A DNA stretch of 64,000 nt from Lingula anatina. Lineage: Eukaryota > Animalia > Brachiopoda. Numbering within the stretch: position 1 is the stretch's first letter; each line of letters begins with the position of its first letter. The position numbers were made by a program, and so were the translations under genes. The notes beneath the pieces were generated by a model. It did no database searches, was not told the DNA's origin, and worked only from the letters and a program-made list of their open reading frames with translations. Below are positions 29,384-42,142 of this stretch, one piece after another. The DNA lies in assembly GCA_051362555.1 (NCBI GenBank), contig CM120641.1:5022001-5086000 (forward strand), read 5' to 3'.

Positions 29384-32300
29384 AAATTATAAAAAGAACC
29401 ACATTGTTCAGAAAGACTTGAATCAACTCTCACAGACTACCTTCATCTACCAGAGACTAAAAATTAAAATTACATAAACTTGCGAAGAATTTCTGGTTAG
29501 TTAAGATTTTGAAATCTGTGTAGAATTGCGTTTAAAGCAAAACTACAGTCTATGAATAAAACTCTTTCATATAAGTATGTCCAAAAGTTTTTTAATGATT
29601 TGTGTGCACATACTGAGGGCATCGTCAACACTCTTGTTATTTTGGTATGCAAATTAAAACAGTGTTTTTTGATACAATGTTTATAACATAAGGTAAATCC
29701 AGTTTTTCAAGAAGAACAAAGAACAGGAACCATCACAGGTGCCTTGTTTTTGCATGAAGATGATGAACTTAAGCAGTCTAGTTAGCATTATCAGTTTTGT
29801 CATGTTTGGTGTAAAATTTGTTAGGCTTGTTTAGAAGGGTTTGCCATCCTTTGGTCCCTTGTTATATACAATATCTACATAGTTTCAAATCCTTATAGTT
29901 GTAGAAAATTCTTTTTTTTTAAATTGACTAACATCTCTTTAATGTATGGAAAAATCATATCTGGTTACTGCTCTCTGATAATGTTTTTAGATACAGATAT
30001 GATGTTGAATCATCTGACAGCATTTTGAGGACGAATTCAGCTCTTCTGCTGATAGAATGTACCAAGTCATGACAGCTTTAGATCAAGCATCACAGAAAGA
30101 GAAATGGTAGTCTTCATTTTTTTTTTTTTTTCGGAAAATTGTCCAGAGACTTGTGAAGGTTTTTTTTTTCAGTTTTAATAAGATTAAAAGAGTGAGACGT
30201 ATGTAGTGAATCCACAAAACAGAACATTTTCCTTGTTTCCAATCATTGTCAGAAATATTTACCCTGAGATAGCAGTGCCAGTGTGATTAAAATATTATGG
30301 ATATAGATTTAAACCAAAACAACATTTCATAAGGCAGGCAAAACCGTCTTTATTATTTGAAAAGGTCACATGTAATCTGAATGTAGTGTTTATCATTTAG
30401 GAAAAATTATACTTGATATATTCTGACAGAATTCTAACCTTTGTATGGCTAATCCATTGTTGAAACAGAATTGAAAACCACAGTTTGTCCTGTGCACATG
30501 ATTAATGTAATATGATCATATATACTGCATCTACTGGTTGTCTTATTTAAGTGCTTATTTAACAGGACACTCATGATAATGTCTCATTACTGGGTCAGCT
30601 TTCAACAACACTGTGAACATACAGAAAGGGTGTGAGTGCTGCATCAACCTCTACAGCCTTGACATTCATCTATAGGTCCTGGAAATTGTGTCTCTTTAAA
30701 GATTTCGATTTAGAAAAACACAAATGAGAATGCATTTATGTGTATAAAAAGGATGAAGAACAATTGTACTAATTGTCTTTTCTGAGGGCTGCAGCACCTG
30801 CCAAGTTGCCAGCATTTTAGTATTCAAAATGAGTCAATAAGTTGATTATTGTATTGTTAGCAATAGGATAATGCCTGAAACAAATAGAAATGATGGTCAT
30901 AAGTGTGTAGAGTGGTAGTCAGTTCCTAAAAGGACTTAATTTTTTTGTATGGGTCCTCCTTGAAGGTTGAATGTTTCGGTCAGATTATGATATTTCACTC
31001 TAAGACAAATAGAAATAATATCCCTTAATTCTTTTCAATGTTGAAACTTAAAATTTAAACTTCAAGTTTCTAAGATGTTAACATATATTTTTCAGCTCTT
31101 AATAATTAATGTATTTGTTAAAATATCAATAGCACATTAAAACTGATTAGTATTTTTAAAATGCATTTTTTCAAACATATTTAATATGCTGTACTACCTA
31201 GTATTTTAGTGCCATTATGAATGATCCCTTAGACTAGTACATATTCATTTCTATTTTTTATATCTCCAAACTATATACCTTTGCATTTTTACAGGGCAAT
31301 AACAGCCGCCATAGTACAGACTCCTTTGCTGAACTGCACCAAAGAATAGAAGCATTGGAAGAAGAAAATAAAATGGTAATGATTTTTGTCATTAGTTAAT
31401 GACATTTTCATTCCAGTTGGGATTCCAACTTCTTTTTAATGGGATTAAAATGTGATTTGGTTTTTAGTAAAGGGCCTTTACTTGTTTGATCCTAAAAGTG
31501 ACATTGGTAAGTACTGTAAGTAGTATTTAAAAACTTTTAATTGACTATTGTGCAACATATCATTTGTAGATTTTATGTGGGTCTGTTTGTTTTAAAGAAA
31601 TAAATTGAATAAGGTAAATATTCAATCTTTTCAGTGGGGAAAATTGGGAATTTTACAGATACCATATTTTTTCAAGTCATAAATTCTTAAAATTGCAACA
31701 TTCCTCCTGAGTGAAAGAGACAAAACTGAAAAGCAGTCAACCATTATAGTTCTATTCCATACAGTAAAGGCACCACTATTGCCACATAGAAATATCATTT
31801 TAATGATTAAAAAAAATTAATATCTGAGACTGGCAAATTTTCCCCATCGAAACGATCGAGTCATTACCATAATCAGTGGAAAAAAAAGCTGCGCTTCAAA
31901 AACTGCTAGTAAGTGTGGTCTAATATAGCCATTACTGGTATATTTTATTCATGCTACATTATTTGATTATGTGTCACATCCCTTATGATGACTTTTAGGG
32001 GCCTGGATCTTAATTGCAGCTTTTCTTTGGGATAATAAGCTGGGCTAGTGCTATTAATATTGTCATTTAGTTTCTAAGGAATATGTGTATTTTCATAGAT
32101 ATAAATTCACATGCATCTGTATCTATAAATTAGCAGTTTGTAGGCTTTTCCAGAAAATGATAATATAAGCCATTTGAGAACTTTGAGCATATGAAGTATT
32201 TTGTCAAAGGAAAATGTTGTTACTGTTGGAAGAAAAGTTTTGATTTTACCTTATCACCCCCATTTGTGTTTGTAATTATACTAATGAATTAGATGGGAAA

Positions 32301-35300
32301 TACTTTACACATATTGAGTGAAGTCTTTATCTTGTCAAGTGGTGTGAAATGTAGGAATATGTTTGCAAATTGGTCAGCTTTTACTCAAGTGATTAGTTGA
32401 AAAAATATGGTATATAAATGGAAATGGTTCCTAAGGGAATTGAATTCTCTTTCAATGTTGATGGGGAAATTGTGTCTTGTAATGATAATTAATTAGTCTA
32501 ATGCATGGCTTCTTTTCAATTGGTTTGATAACTGTTGCTTTTCAGCTATAGATACAGTGTGAGTACCTGGGTTAGCTGATGAAGTGCCTTGAGAAACAAA
32601 TTAGAACTATATTATGCTAATTCCTTCTCGTTGCAGTTGAAAGAAATGGTACAGAAGCAACAAGAAAAAATCCAGATTCTAGAAGAGAAGGTGGGTAAGG
32701 AGGCCATAACCCCTGCAGTGCATTAAGGGTTTAGTGTCAAGCAGAAAAATATAGGCACAAAGGCCTTGGCAACTACAGTGAAGTCCAGGGCAGAGGCTCT
32801 GTGTCCCTAGTGACTAACAACAGGCAAGGAGAGCTTAGTGGCTGAAATGAACTAAAGGGTAAAGGGTCAATGTCCCTAGTAATGAACTAAAAGGTAGAGG
32901 GTCAATGTCCCTAATAATTAAACCTGCATTAGGAGGCTTTTTTTAATCTGCAATGTACTAACAGCCCTGTGCCAGGGATATGAAATGCAGCATGTCATAT
33001 TCTTCCCTGCAAACTGTATCTGCACGCACATGCTTTTGCAACTAATTGTTTGCCATTTCTTTTTTTTATGATCTTTGCTTATTTGCAACCTGCTAACTGA
33101 AAATAAGTTACTGATGTTGGCAAACAAAACATATATTATGTATATGATAATTTCAGCAAGATTAGTTCATGACAAAATTCAGTGTTAATGATTTAAATTT
33201 TTAAAGAGCTACCTGCATATACAATCAATTTATTACATGGCAATGGCTTCAAGTTTAGTCATTTTTAAGATCTGTGTTTTACTAGTTATTTGAATTTATC
33301 TAAATTCTGCTCTGCACATATTGTCAAAATCTTTTAAAAATCAGGAAAAGGTAAAGTCAATCTATATATTTGTTTTGTTTTGTCTTTTAACATGTGTTCG
33401 GTATAAAGACAAGATTTTTTTTAAAAAAATATTATATTTAAGGATTGCATAGTCATGGCATAAAAATGACATCATTAAAATTTTTTGATTCCAGTGTTGT
33501 GGAAAAGGAATGAAATTTTTTTTTTCAGATTTCAGTAATGTGGAATAGAATTTCAAATTTATGAGATATTTTTTTTCGTGAATTATTCTGCTGTCAATCC
33601 ATTAAAAAAATAGATTAAAGAAGTGTGGTCTTAATGCAAAGTATTGTGTTATTTATTAAATAAACTATTTTGACATTTGTAAACATTTGTTAAAAATTTA
33701 TTTGTATTAGATAAAAGTTTAGTGAATGTGTTTGTGAACCATATTTGCACTTCACATAAGCACAACGACATATACATAGTTTTATACTGCATAAAGCTGG
33801 CTGACTCCATGAAAATACAAAGCAATTCTTGGAATCAGTCATTTCCATTTTCCTACTTTTCCCCTGCATGACTGTTATTATATGTATATATAATTGCACC
33901 AGCATGAGGTGAACTGAAGGACAAGTGTGCCACACCAAATTGAGATCTGAGCGTAATTATGAATGATTACAGGAGGACACTCCATACCTCAAAGTAATGT
34001 CTAATTGCTATACAGTACAGGCATGATTAACCTTGCGATAGCATAGCTTCAGGATAAGATGGGGTGAAAGTCCTGTACGAGGTGAGGTCAGGACAATGTA
34101 ATTATGTTTTGACACACAAAAATTGTGTTAGGAGCCTGTTCACATGAAGCAATATTTTGATGTAGTGTGAACTGGTGTGCTGCCTTCAAAATAATGATAA
34201 TTTCCAAAATTTAAATAAAAAGATCAATAGTAGAGTTTCTTTGAAATTTATTCGTCTGTTACAATGAAAAAGACCAGTTGGAGGTGACCCCAAGCATCTG
34301 TTTGATATATGTTATAAAGTGTTTGTTTGTGGGATTACTTGATAAGGGGATCTACTTGTTTGGAAAACCAAACTTAGAATTGAGAGTTTTGTTATGGCTT
34401 CCTCAAACTATATCACCTTGATCCACTCTTCAAAATCAAAGGTCACCTCTTTTAATGTTTGTTAGCATCAAAAAGTGATACAGAATCATCAACTCTAAAA
34501 TGCAGAAGCCTCTCAAAAACATTTATTACTGGCATTTATTTGAAAAACATTCACGGCATAACTACCAAACCATGTATTTTTTACATTAATATTTATTTAT
34601 TTATTTATTTATTGGGGAGTGGAAACAGTATAATTTATTGATGTATTTAAATGAGGTAGTGGTGCTGCAGATTGGCACCAAATGTTTTGTTCCCTCTGTC
34701 ATTCTGTCCTTACATTACCCCCCTTTGAATACTGGTCTAAGATATAGCCTTACCACAGTGGTTATCAGCAAGTGGTGTGAAAAGATTTTTATTTGACAGT
34801 TTGACAGCAGTTTCTCCCTTTTAGTTGTGATTCACAGGTATGTTTATTATGCCCATTTTATTGAAAAAGCACCAATGAATCCAAGTGCACCATTGTCAGT
34901 AAACTTAGAGCTCTTTATTGGCTTAACAAAGAGGCAATCATGAGGATGTCTTTGAAGAGGATGTAGCATATTATTTTTGATTGATACACCTAAATAGGAT
35001 ATAAATATAACTATTATATAAAACGCAGTAGGTTTGTACTCATTGCCTCAGATAAACACTGGAACAATCCACTGAAACATAGATATTATTTCAAGAACTG
35101 TATTAGTAGTAATTGTGCTGCCACAAATGACAGGAATAATTTCTATAGAACAAAGGTTCAAGTGGTTTTCCCAAGTTGTAATTTAAGTGCCTATGTATTG
35201 ATTTGAACTCTGTTTAGCCTTTGTTTGATTTCTGTACGAAAGTACATTCTTGTTGTTTTTATGTCCCTTTCCACAATGTACATTACGCTTGTCTGTATCA

Positions 35301-35649
35301 AAATGGTTTGAGAGATTGACCACTTAATTGCACTGCCATTAAGTTTGAGAGTCGCCTAAATGGATCCCCTACACTGAAACCGTCACCCTAACCAGATTTG
35401 TTTTCTTGGCCGTAACAGATGGAAGCAAACTTCTGAAACTCCACCTAGCACAATAAGATGTTAGAAATAGTCTATGTGTTTCAATAAAGATAGTTGTAAC
35501 ACAATGTAAAAAGGACCTATGGTTATTTTTGGCATCTGCACTGCTTTTCCAGGGCCTGCTTTGTCGTTTTCAACTAATACGAAAACAAATATATTGAATA
35601 ACACATTTTAGATCTTTACACAAATGAAATAGAAGCTGTTATTTTGTTG

Positions 35650-35693
<44 letters not shown>

Positions 35694-36760
35694 TCTTCCA
35701 CCTTAAGGATGAAAGTAGTAAAAAAAGATAATATCACAAACATGCATAAAATCACTCTAAAAAATGGTCGGTCAGGTTGACATATAACACGTCATTGAGT
35801 AAAAAAAAACACTGAAAAAATAAAGTAAAGAGTTGCACCATGTTGTATTCAATGGCACCCGCATTGTACCCTGGGTGATTAATAGTTATTATATTTGGAT
35901 TAAAGCTATTTAAATAGTACACTATGGCTTAATCTATCTCCATTATCTTTTCACTAAAAAAGTGTAGCATTCGAGTTCGCTAAACATGGCTTTGAAAACT
36001 CTGATTTGATGTGTTTTGTCATGGAGTCTGGAGATCATAATGAAAGCATTTCTTTCTAAGAAATCAAGATACAAATAGAAGTCTTGCATTTGATTGTTGA
36101 CATAAATTTTGATTGATAAGAATTAAGAACAAGGACAACTGGGTTGCACTCTTCACTGATAAAAAGACTGGTTGCATGCATTTTTTATGACATCAATAAA
36201 AATAACAGTATTTGTAAAGTAGCTCACTAAGAATAACATAAATGCACTCATTTAACTTTGTTGGCTTTAGAAATAAAATAGAAGACAATGGACAACCGAC
36301 AGCTTTTTAATTACAATGAAAGAAGAAATCAAGTTTGATTTCTCTACAAAAGTACATTCTTGTTGTTTTTATGTCCCTTTTCACATTGTGCATTACGCTT
36401 GTCTGTATCAAAATGGTTTGTGAGATTGACCACCTAATAGCACTGCCATTAAGTTTGAGAGTCGCCTAAATGGAGCCTTGGGTGTTCTACAGTCTTTAAT
36501 CTCCAAATATGCTCTGTTCAAAACATATTCAGCATAGATTTATCATTGTTGATTCTAAAGTGTAAAAATCTTGAATAATTTTGACTGATAAAGGACTGAG
36601 GGCTAAAATTAAAACCCATGAGTTATAATTTCATTTCACACATATAACAAATAAAACATCCACTATGCATGCTTTACCACAGAATTTCAAGTAGAATTTG
36701 TTGAGTCAACATAGTTTGCCTCTTAATTACCATTAGAAAATGTCCCCTTAAATATGCACG

Positions 36761-36798
<38 letters not shown>

Positions 36799-39066
36799 AC
36801 CACACACAGAAGATGTTTTACATATTTACTAGCTCTTTTCTTGGACATATAATCATATGTTAATTTTCCCTTTTTTCTGCAAATGAATACAAGTGCATAA
36901 TTTAATTTTTAGGAAGGTAATTGGAAGGTAATTTCCATGTTTGAAATCCAGTATGAATAGATCAGTTGTTTGTGTACGTGTATGTGCACGTGCACATTTT
37001 CATGTAATTGGAATTCTAGTGCAATTTCCAGTTAGATTACATTGAACCAAGTTAATAGATATTCATGGAAAAATATCTTATTACTCTCTAAGTTCTGTAG
37101 AGAATAATAGGGAATAATGGTTGTTTGAAACAAACATAGGGGATTTTCTGGGAAAATGTTATTGCCAGCAGCTATTATCTTAGCTTTAAGGTTAAATGGA
37201 TACACATGCAACTAATGCATGACTAACTCACAGTGACCTGTTGATAAAATGTCACCAGAATAATGTTTGTAATAAAGATCATCAGATCTAGTATATGCTG
37301 AGGCCAACACCTCAGTGTCAATTCATAGTTGAGAAAACTAACTCCCAACTTCTTTTCACCATGAAAAAATGGAATACAGTATTGAATGTTGCCTAAAAAT
37401 AATTAAATTAAAAGTAATTCCATCATTTCTTTGTTTTAATGAAAAAGTTTTTTAAAGCAATTTAGAACAAGTTTTTATAGCACAATACATCAAAATTTTG
37501 CAAATCCTCCTTTCCTAAAGAAATATCTGCAAATGTATTATTTTACTCGATGAATTTTTTAAAATGAAATTCAAATGAGAGTAGCATGAGCAAATGCAGC
37601 ATTGCTTCTCCTACCCCCCCCCCCCCACCTCCCTTCACCCCTTCTTCTGACACCTGAACATGTGGAGAGTTCACTCACTTTATTCAGCTTATCACGTGCA
37701 CATGTACCAGAATCGAAATGATCTAATAATTGTATTTAGTAGGCTTCATTGAGCTGTCATCCAGGGTATAGGCCTGCCTCACTAATCTCATATTCCTGTC
37801 TCTTAACAGTTTGTTTATTGCAGCGTGTGTGACAGCTTATCCTGGAAACAGTTTCTGTTGTAAGAGCATGCTGTACCAAATGTAACATCAGCTACATAGA
37901 AATGACTAATACAATCTAAAAAAAAAGTTAAGTGGAATTTGCTCACTTTTTTCACCATGCTTAATGTATTTACTTAAAAATCTATACCAAAATCGCAAAA
38001 CATCAAAAAATTGCATTCATATTGTATATTAAACTCAATGTTTCTATGAAGTAAAAACTCGAGTTTCAAAATAATAAATTCCATTGAAATTTAGATCCAC
38101 CAGATGGCATATCAACTAATACCAATTGCAAGTTATGAGGAGTGGATTCATGTTTTTGGATTTTCTGTCCTGGGTTATGCACTCTCAGTCTGGATTGCAA
38201 AAGATGGTCAGCAGACGTCCCTATAGGGCTTTCCACATAGTAAACTGCCATTGTGAAAAAAGGAATATGTTGAATTATTAAAGGTTGTTTTGAGTAAACT
38301 ATCATTTGCTACATTTGATAATTCCTTTGAAACTAGAAAAGATACTGCCCCTAAGGAATGTTTTTTTAGTATATGCTATAGCATTAATTGCTATTTTTGG
38401 GGCACACAGTCACAGTTATGTTACCATGACTGAATTTCCAGCTCCTCTTGATTGACAGGGAAACTAAAAGTTAATAACATAGAAAGAAAAATAATTTTGC
38501 TGCCATACTAGCTGTTATTTCTCAATGGCAGTATAATTTATAACTAAGTTATTGCTTCATTGCTTCATTGCTTCATGTGCCCTTTTAATGAGAGACCACA
38601 TTTGGATACTGGCTAGGTAGATGTATGGTTGTGACTGATGCAATAAACCTCAAGCAATTACTGCCAATATGCTGCTGGTATTCAATGTCCTGTAAGTGTG
38701 CACATGTGGAGATTTGAAGTTGGTAGGAAGCTAGCAAGCAGTAGATCTGAGTTTCGGATTAAAGTCAAAATGCTGCCTGAACCATAACTGTGTGATTGGT
38801 ATTTTTAGAATTTGCCTTGAAAGATTTAAAAGGTGGATGATTTTTTTTTCAGGTGCATATATATATATCTGACAATGAAAAATATTAAATGCTTAAAAAG
38901 ACACTAATAAACATTTTGGATATCTTTATCAGATGAAGCTTGCCTCGTCCCATGCACTAGAAATTAAATAGTTTATGTATGATCCTAAGATATAGATACA
39001 TGTAAAAATAAAAATCTGGTAAACAGTTTGAGGAAAACTGGGATGACTAAACCAAAACTTCAACCC

Positions 39067-39097
<31 letters not shown>

Positions 39098-41113
39098 AAA
39101 AAAAAATTAACTATAGCTTCATTTCTGAAAAAAGTTTCCTGTGGTTCAGGGTATAATTGTGCAATTTTCAACAATCAGCAGGCAAGCATTTTTGATGTAA
39201 TTACCCCTCATGTACCAGTAGCCATTTCAAAATACAGAGTTGTAATGTAATATGGAATATGTCAGTTTAAAAGTACTGTCTAGGTAAAAGTTTTTTTTAA
39301 CCTACATCACATACAAGAAATGTGAATAGAAGAATGTGTAGTCAGCTGTGTCAGTACTGATTATTATTCAGACAAATAGGATAAAAATAAATGAAAATGT
39401 TATGAAATAATATTCCATATTAAATGCCAACTCTGTATTCTTACACATGCTGGTAATTATCTTGTTTCAAGGACAGCAATTTTTGCGTATATTACTGAAT
39501 GTTTCTTAATTCTTATAAATTTTTATGTAACAATTAATGTTTATATTTGAGGAAAACTGGGATGACTATACCAAAACTCTGTAAACAGTGTGTAAGTTTT
39601 TTTTACTCTAGCTTCATTTCTGAAAAAAGTTTCCTGTGGTTCAGGGTTTAATTGTGCAATTTTCAACAATCAGCAGGCAAGCATTTTTGATGTAATTACC
39701 CCTCATGTACCAGTAGCCAATTCAAAATACAGAGTTGTAATGTAATATGGAATATGTCAGTTTAAAAGTACTGTCTAGGTAAAAGTTTTTTTTAACTTAC
39801 ATCACATACAAGAAATGTGAATAGAAGAATGTGTAGTCAGCTGTGTCAGTACTGATTATTATTCAGACAAATAGGATAAAAATAAATGAAAATGTTATGA
39901 AATAATATTCCATATTAAATGTCAACTCTGTATTCTTACACATGCTGGTAATTATCCTGTTTTAAGGACAGCAATTTTTGCGAATTTTACTGAATGTTTC
40001 TTAATTCTTATAAATGGCCACTTTAAGCTGCTGGTATACCATGTTTTAAACAAAAAACACTGAAGTTCAAGTTCATGTGCACGGAGGGTTGAAATGGCAA
40101 AGGAGGGTATGTAATGGAAATGAAAGCAACATTTTCCTATCACCATTGAAATGCTCATGATCACTTGACATGATATTTGACTGATGATGTTATCCATGGC
40201 TAGCAAGGGCAGTTCCAGGATTATTTGCATGCGAAGCAGACCCTCTCCCCCCCCCTTCCCCTTGGCATGGTGTGTTCTTGAAATTTTGGTATTTTAGAGG
40301 ACGAACAGTGCCATTTGGTATGGTTTAGAACTGTGCTTCAGCTAGTCAAAATTCTGATTTCAAGAGGGGACCATTGGTGTGATTTTTTTCAGAAATCAAG
40401 GGTGGGTCTGGACCCCACTGACCCCCCTCCCCCTCCCCCCAAACCCACCACTGTTTGTCCATGAAATTCATGGTTTTCGACCAACTAGAGTTAAAGATAC
40501 ATACCATCAATTAGTTGACTGACCAATCAGAGTAAAAGAAACATATCATCAATCAGGTGATAAACAAGGCCAACAATTTCAAAAAGGGTGTTCTTTTTGG
40601 GAAAATGTGGACCTTTAACCATGAAACCTTCATGAACTTTGATCAGATTTTACCCAGAGCAGACCTTTTCCCATGAAAAAATTGCTGTTTTTTCGAACCC
40701 TCCAAATTCCCCTGGCTGTGGGCCTGTGAACAATGTCAGTGACAGCCAAGTTGCAACTTATTATGTTATCTTGGAGGACACTAAGGTTGAGATTGTGCCA
40801 AGGTCGATGTTGCTTTTCTGAGGTCTGTAAACCACATACTGACCTAAACAAAAATCACTTATTGTGTAACATCTGAAAGCCCCAACATAGATGCCATTTG
40901 TATATTTGCAGCATGTGATTTATGATGTGTCAGTCTGTTTCTGAGTTTTTAGAGTCTCTCTCGTAATAGAGATGTACACTCATCATGGTAAAAGAGTCAT
41001 TTTAAAACTCAAAAACAAGTTTATAGACCATGAATTTTATGTCATTTTTGGACAGGTATTTGGATATATCTTTGTGATTAAAGGGAAATCTAGTGATTTT
41101 TTCAAATCTGTAT

Positions 41114-41144
<31 letters not shown>

Positions 41145-42142
41145 TTTTTGCTATGCAAATGCTTTGTATTAAATACCATTAATAAGTATCATTTTATAAT
41201 ATACTAGTAGAATTACAACCTTTAACTTGTCATCAGACTTCTCTAAGGGCGCATTCCCACAGATTTTAGATTGATCTATCCCCGTGGGGAGTCTCACTAG
41301 AATACTGTCAGATAATCTGGCTTAAATGTCCGTCCCACCTAATACAAGCTGTAAGGGGGTAATTAACTCTCGTGCCCGCTCGACTAACAGCTATTTAGCG
41401 TGAACCCCCAGGGAGTTAGGTCGATCTAAGTTGGATCGATCTAATCTCTGGGAATGGGATCTAAGGCTATCACACAGAGAGGAGGACTATTGACTTATTA
41501 ATGAGGGTGCATTAAAATAGCTGACTTAAATTTAAAAAAACTAATTGAAACTACCCAAGTCATTGTGGGATTTCAAATTTCAAGGTGCAGTAGGTTACCT
41601 TTGGGTGGCCTTGTGTCATTTGTTTGTATGCCTGGTGTAGTGAAACAAGTGGTTTTAACAGAATAATATCACTGTCTATAAGTGTTTTTTTTTCAGATTG
41701 TCATAATGCACATTTTGATTATCTTCCTCTTCACTGAGTTAGTCTTTACTCTTTACTTTTTTATACATTTCTATCAAACTGTTTTGGTGTCTTTTTTTTT
41801 TTTGCACTGTGTGACCTTAGCTTCAAATAATTTTTTCTGTCTTTCTTTTTTGTTAACAGATAACTTTAGACTTTTCTGTTTTATTTTTAACAAGTGTTTT
41901 AATTTCATTCAGACTGTGAGCTCTTTAATAATGATTTTATTTATTTAAACTCGTTATCTCTATTGCACTTTCTCAATCTCCAGGAATCTTCACAGCTAGA
42001 AATGCAAGAAGAAATATGGTCCCTCATCAGCAGGTGGCAGTCAGAAGTGAAACCTGAGGTGATGGCAGATAATGATAGCAATAATAACAATAATGGCAAA
42101 AGTGACGTTGGAAAATATAGAGATGGACCAGATTTGGTCTAA
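9334..42142 (+). CDS. NEK9: Serine/threonine kinase NEK9 (NIMA kinase + RCC1-like repeats + C-terminal coiled coil), ~915 aa
   Basis: Exons 9334-9483, 9753-9930, 10307-10359, 10595-10665, 11135-11240, 11559-11608, 12105-12186, 12486-12655, 12966-13077, 13340-13414, 13711-13773, 14242-14386, 14983-15183, 15517-15563, 17708-17863, 18406-18514, 19292-19459, 19647-19820, 20281-20340, 27407-27561, 28352-28480, 31295-31375, 32637-32690, 41984-42142 (2748 nt, frame-consistent). Motifs: [70 protein letters not shown]1 repeats (GQLGHGD, SCG), [15 protein letters not shown]. The last three exons are less certain than the rest. Confidence 0.93.
10728..10942. mobile_element. Degenerate Tc1/mariner-like MITE
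   Basis: Ends TACACTTGCTCAAAAAAG...AAACA and TGTTT...TTTTTTTG..CAAGTGTA form an imperfect TIR flanked by TA. Confidence 0.45.
16847..17072 (+). mobile_element. Degenerate non-autonomous element (HINE/Helentron-associated-like)
   Basis: Starts AACTAAAAGAGCACTCAGAAAGTGCACACCTCGTCCAAGG and ends AAAAACATCACCTCCTTGGC. This resembles a widespread repeat with subterminal CCAAGG/CCTTGG inverted motifs; the family assignment is from recollection. Confidence 0.4.
18189..18250. repeat. (TA)n microsatellite
   Basis: ~31 uninterrupted TA units. Confidence 0.95.
18560..18812. mobile_element. ~250-bp MITE family A, copy 1
   Basis: TIR TATGGTAATGACTGGATCTTTT / CCCATTGAAAAGATTAAGTCATTACCATA. Internal similarity to the copies at 31610-31871 and 45553-45808. 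Confidence 0.7.
21333..22848 (-). CDS. Small secreted single Link-module (Xlink) protein, copy 1 (~145 aa), nested antisense in NEK9 intron 19
   Basis: Exon 22848-22765 encodes a signal peptide, [28 protein letters not shown]. Exon 22328-22256 encodes the heptad [24 protein letters not shown]. Exon 21613-21333 encodes [69 protein letters not shown]...SDVYCFKY*, with all four Link cysteines. TATAAATA lies at 22912-22905 and AATAAA at 21273-21268 (both minus). Confidence 0.88.
22997..23253. mobile_element. PIF/Harbinger (Tourist-like) MITE with ~100-bp imperfect TIRs, upstream of Link gene copy 1
   Basis: Left arm GAGCTCATTCCCAATGAAACTAT..ACAGGGACTCTCGCTGAATG..ATGCCTCCTC mirrors right arm GAGGAGGCAT..CATTCAGCGAGAGTCCCTGT..ATAGTTTCATTGGGTATGAGCCC. 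TAA flanks both sides. Confidence 0.75.
25053..26241 (-). CDS. Small secreted single Link-module protein, copy 2 (~144 aa), nested antisense in NEK9 intron 19
   Basis: Exons 26241-26158 ([28 protein letters not shown]), 25817-25745 ([24 protein letters not shown]) and 25330-25053 ([51 protein letters not shown]...SDVYCFK*). Splice sites and frame are intact. Confidence 0.88.
26386..26642. mobile_element. Duplicated copy of the Harbinger-like MITE, upstream of Link gene copy 2
   Basis: Same arms (GAGCTCATTCCCAATGAAAC ... TTTCATTGGGTTTGAACCC) and TAA flanks as 22997-23253. Confidence 0.7.
28837..28898. repeat. (ATTT)n microsatellite
   Basis: ~15 units. Similar arrays occur at ~1075-1122, ~35652-35693 and ~41112-41145. 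Confidence 0.9.
29352..29383. repeat. (AAC)n microsatellite
   Basis: ~10 AAC units. Confidence 0.9.
31610..31871. mobile_element. MITE family A, copy 2
   Basis: GGTAAATATTCAATCTTTTCAGTGGGGAAAATT ... TTTTCCCCATCGAAACGATCGAGTCATTACCATA. Confidence 0.65.
35224..36473 (+). repeat. ~140-bp direct repeat pair (35224-35363 and 36334-36473)
   Basis: TTTGATTTCT..AAAGTACATTCTTGTTGTTTTTATGTCCCTTT...GCACTGCCATTAAGTTTGAGAGTCGCCTAAATGGA occurs twice, 1.1 kb apart. Confidence 0.85.
39027..40015 (+). repeat. Near-identical ~0.5-kb tandem duplication (39027-39520 and 39547-40015)
   Basis: Both units start TTTGAGGAAAACTGGGATGACTA and end TTCTTAATTCTTATAAAT, with only a few substitutions outside one homopolymer patch. 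Confidence 0.92.
41247..41461. mobile_element. Harbinger/Tourist-like MITE
   Basis: Imperfect TIR GGGCGCATTCCCACAGATT / AATCTCTGGGAATGGGATC with TAA on both sides. The termini are related to the element at 22997. Confidence 0.6.

Noticed and set aside
29236-29433. Poly-Cys/His ORF resembling a metal-binding peptide
   Set aside because: Translation of (AAC)n and (ATG)n microsatellites. The YIYI ORF at 18058 and the VCVC ORF at 44616 have the same cause.
32845-32916. 35-bp repeats as a CRISPR-like array (also two-unit repeats at ~17523-17657 and ~45942-46060)
   Set aside because: Only two units, with no array of unique spacers and no cas genes, in a eukaryotic intron; these are simple local duplications.
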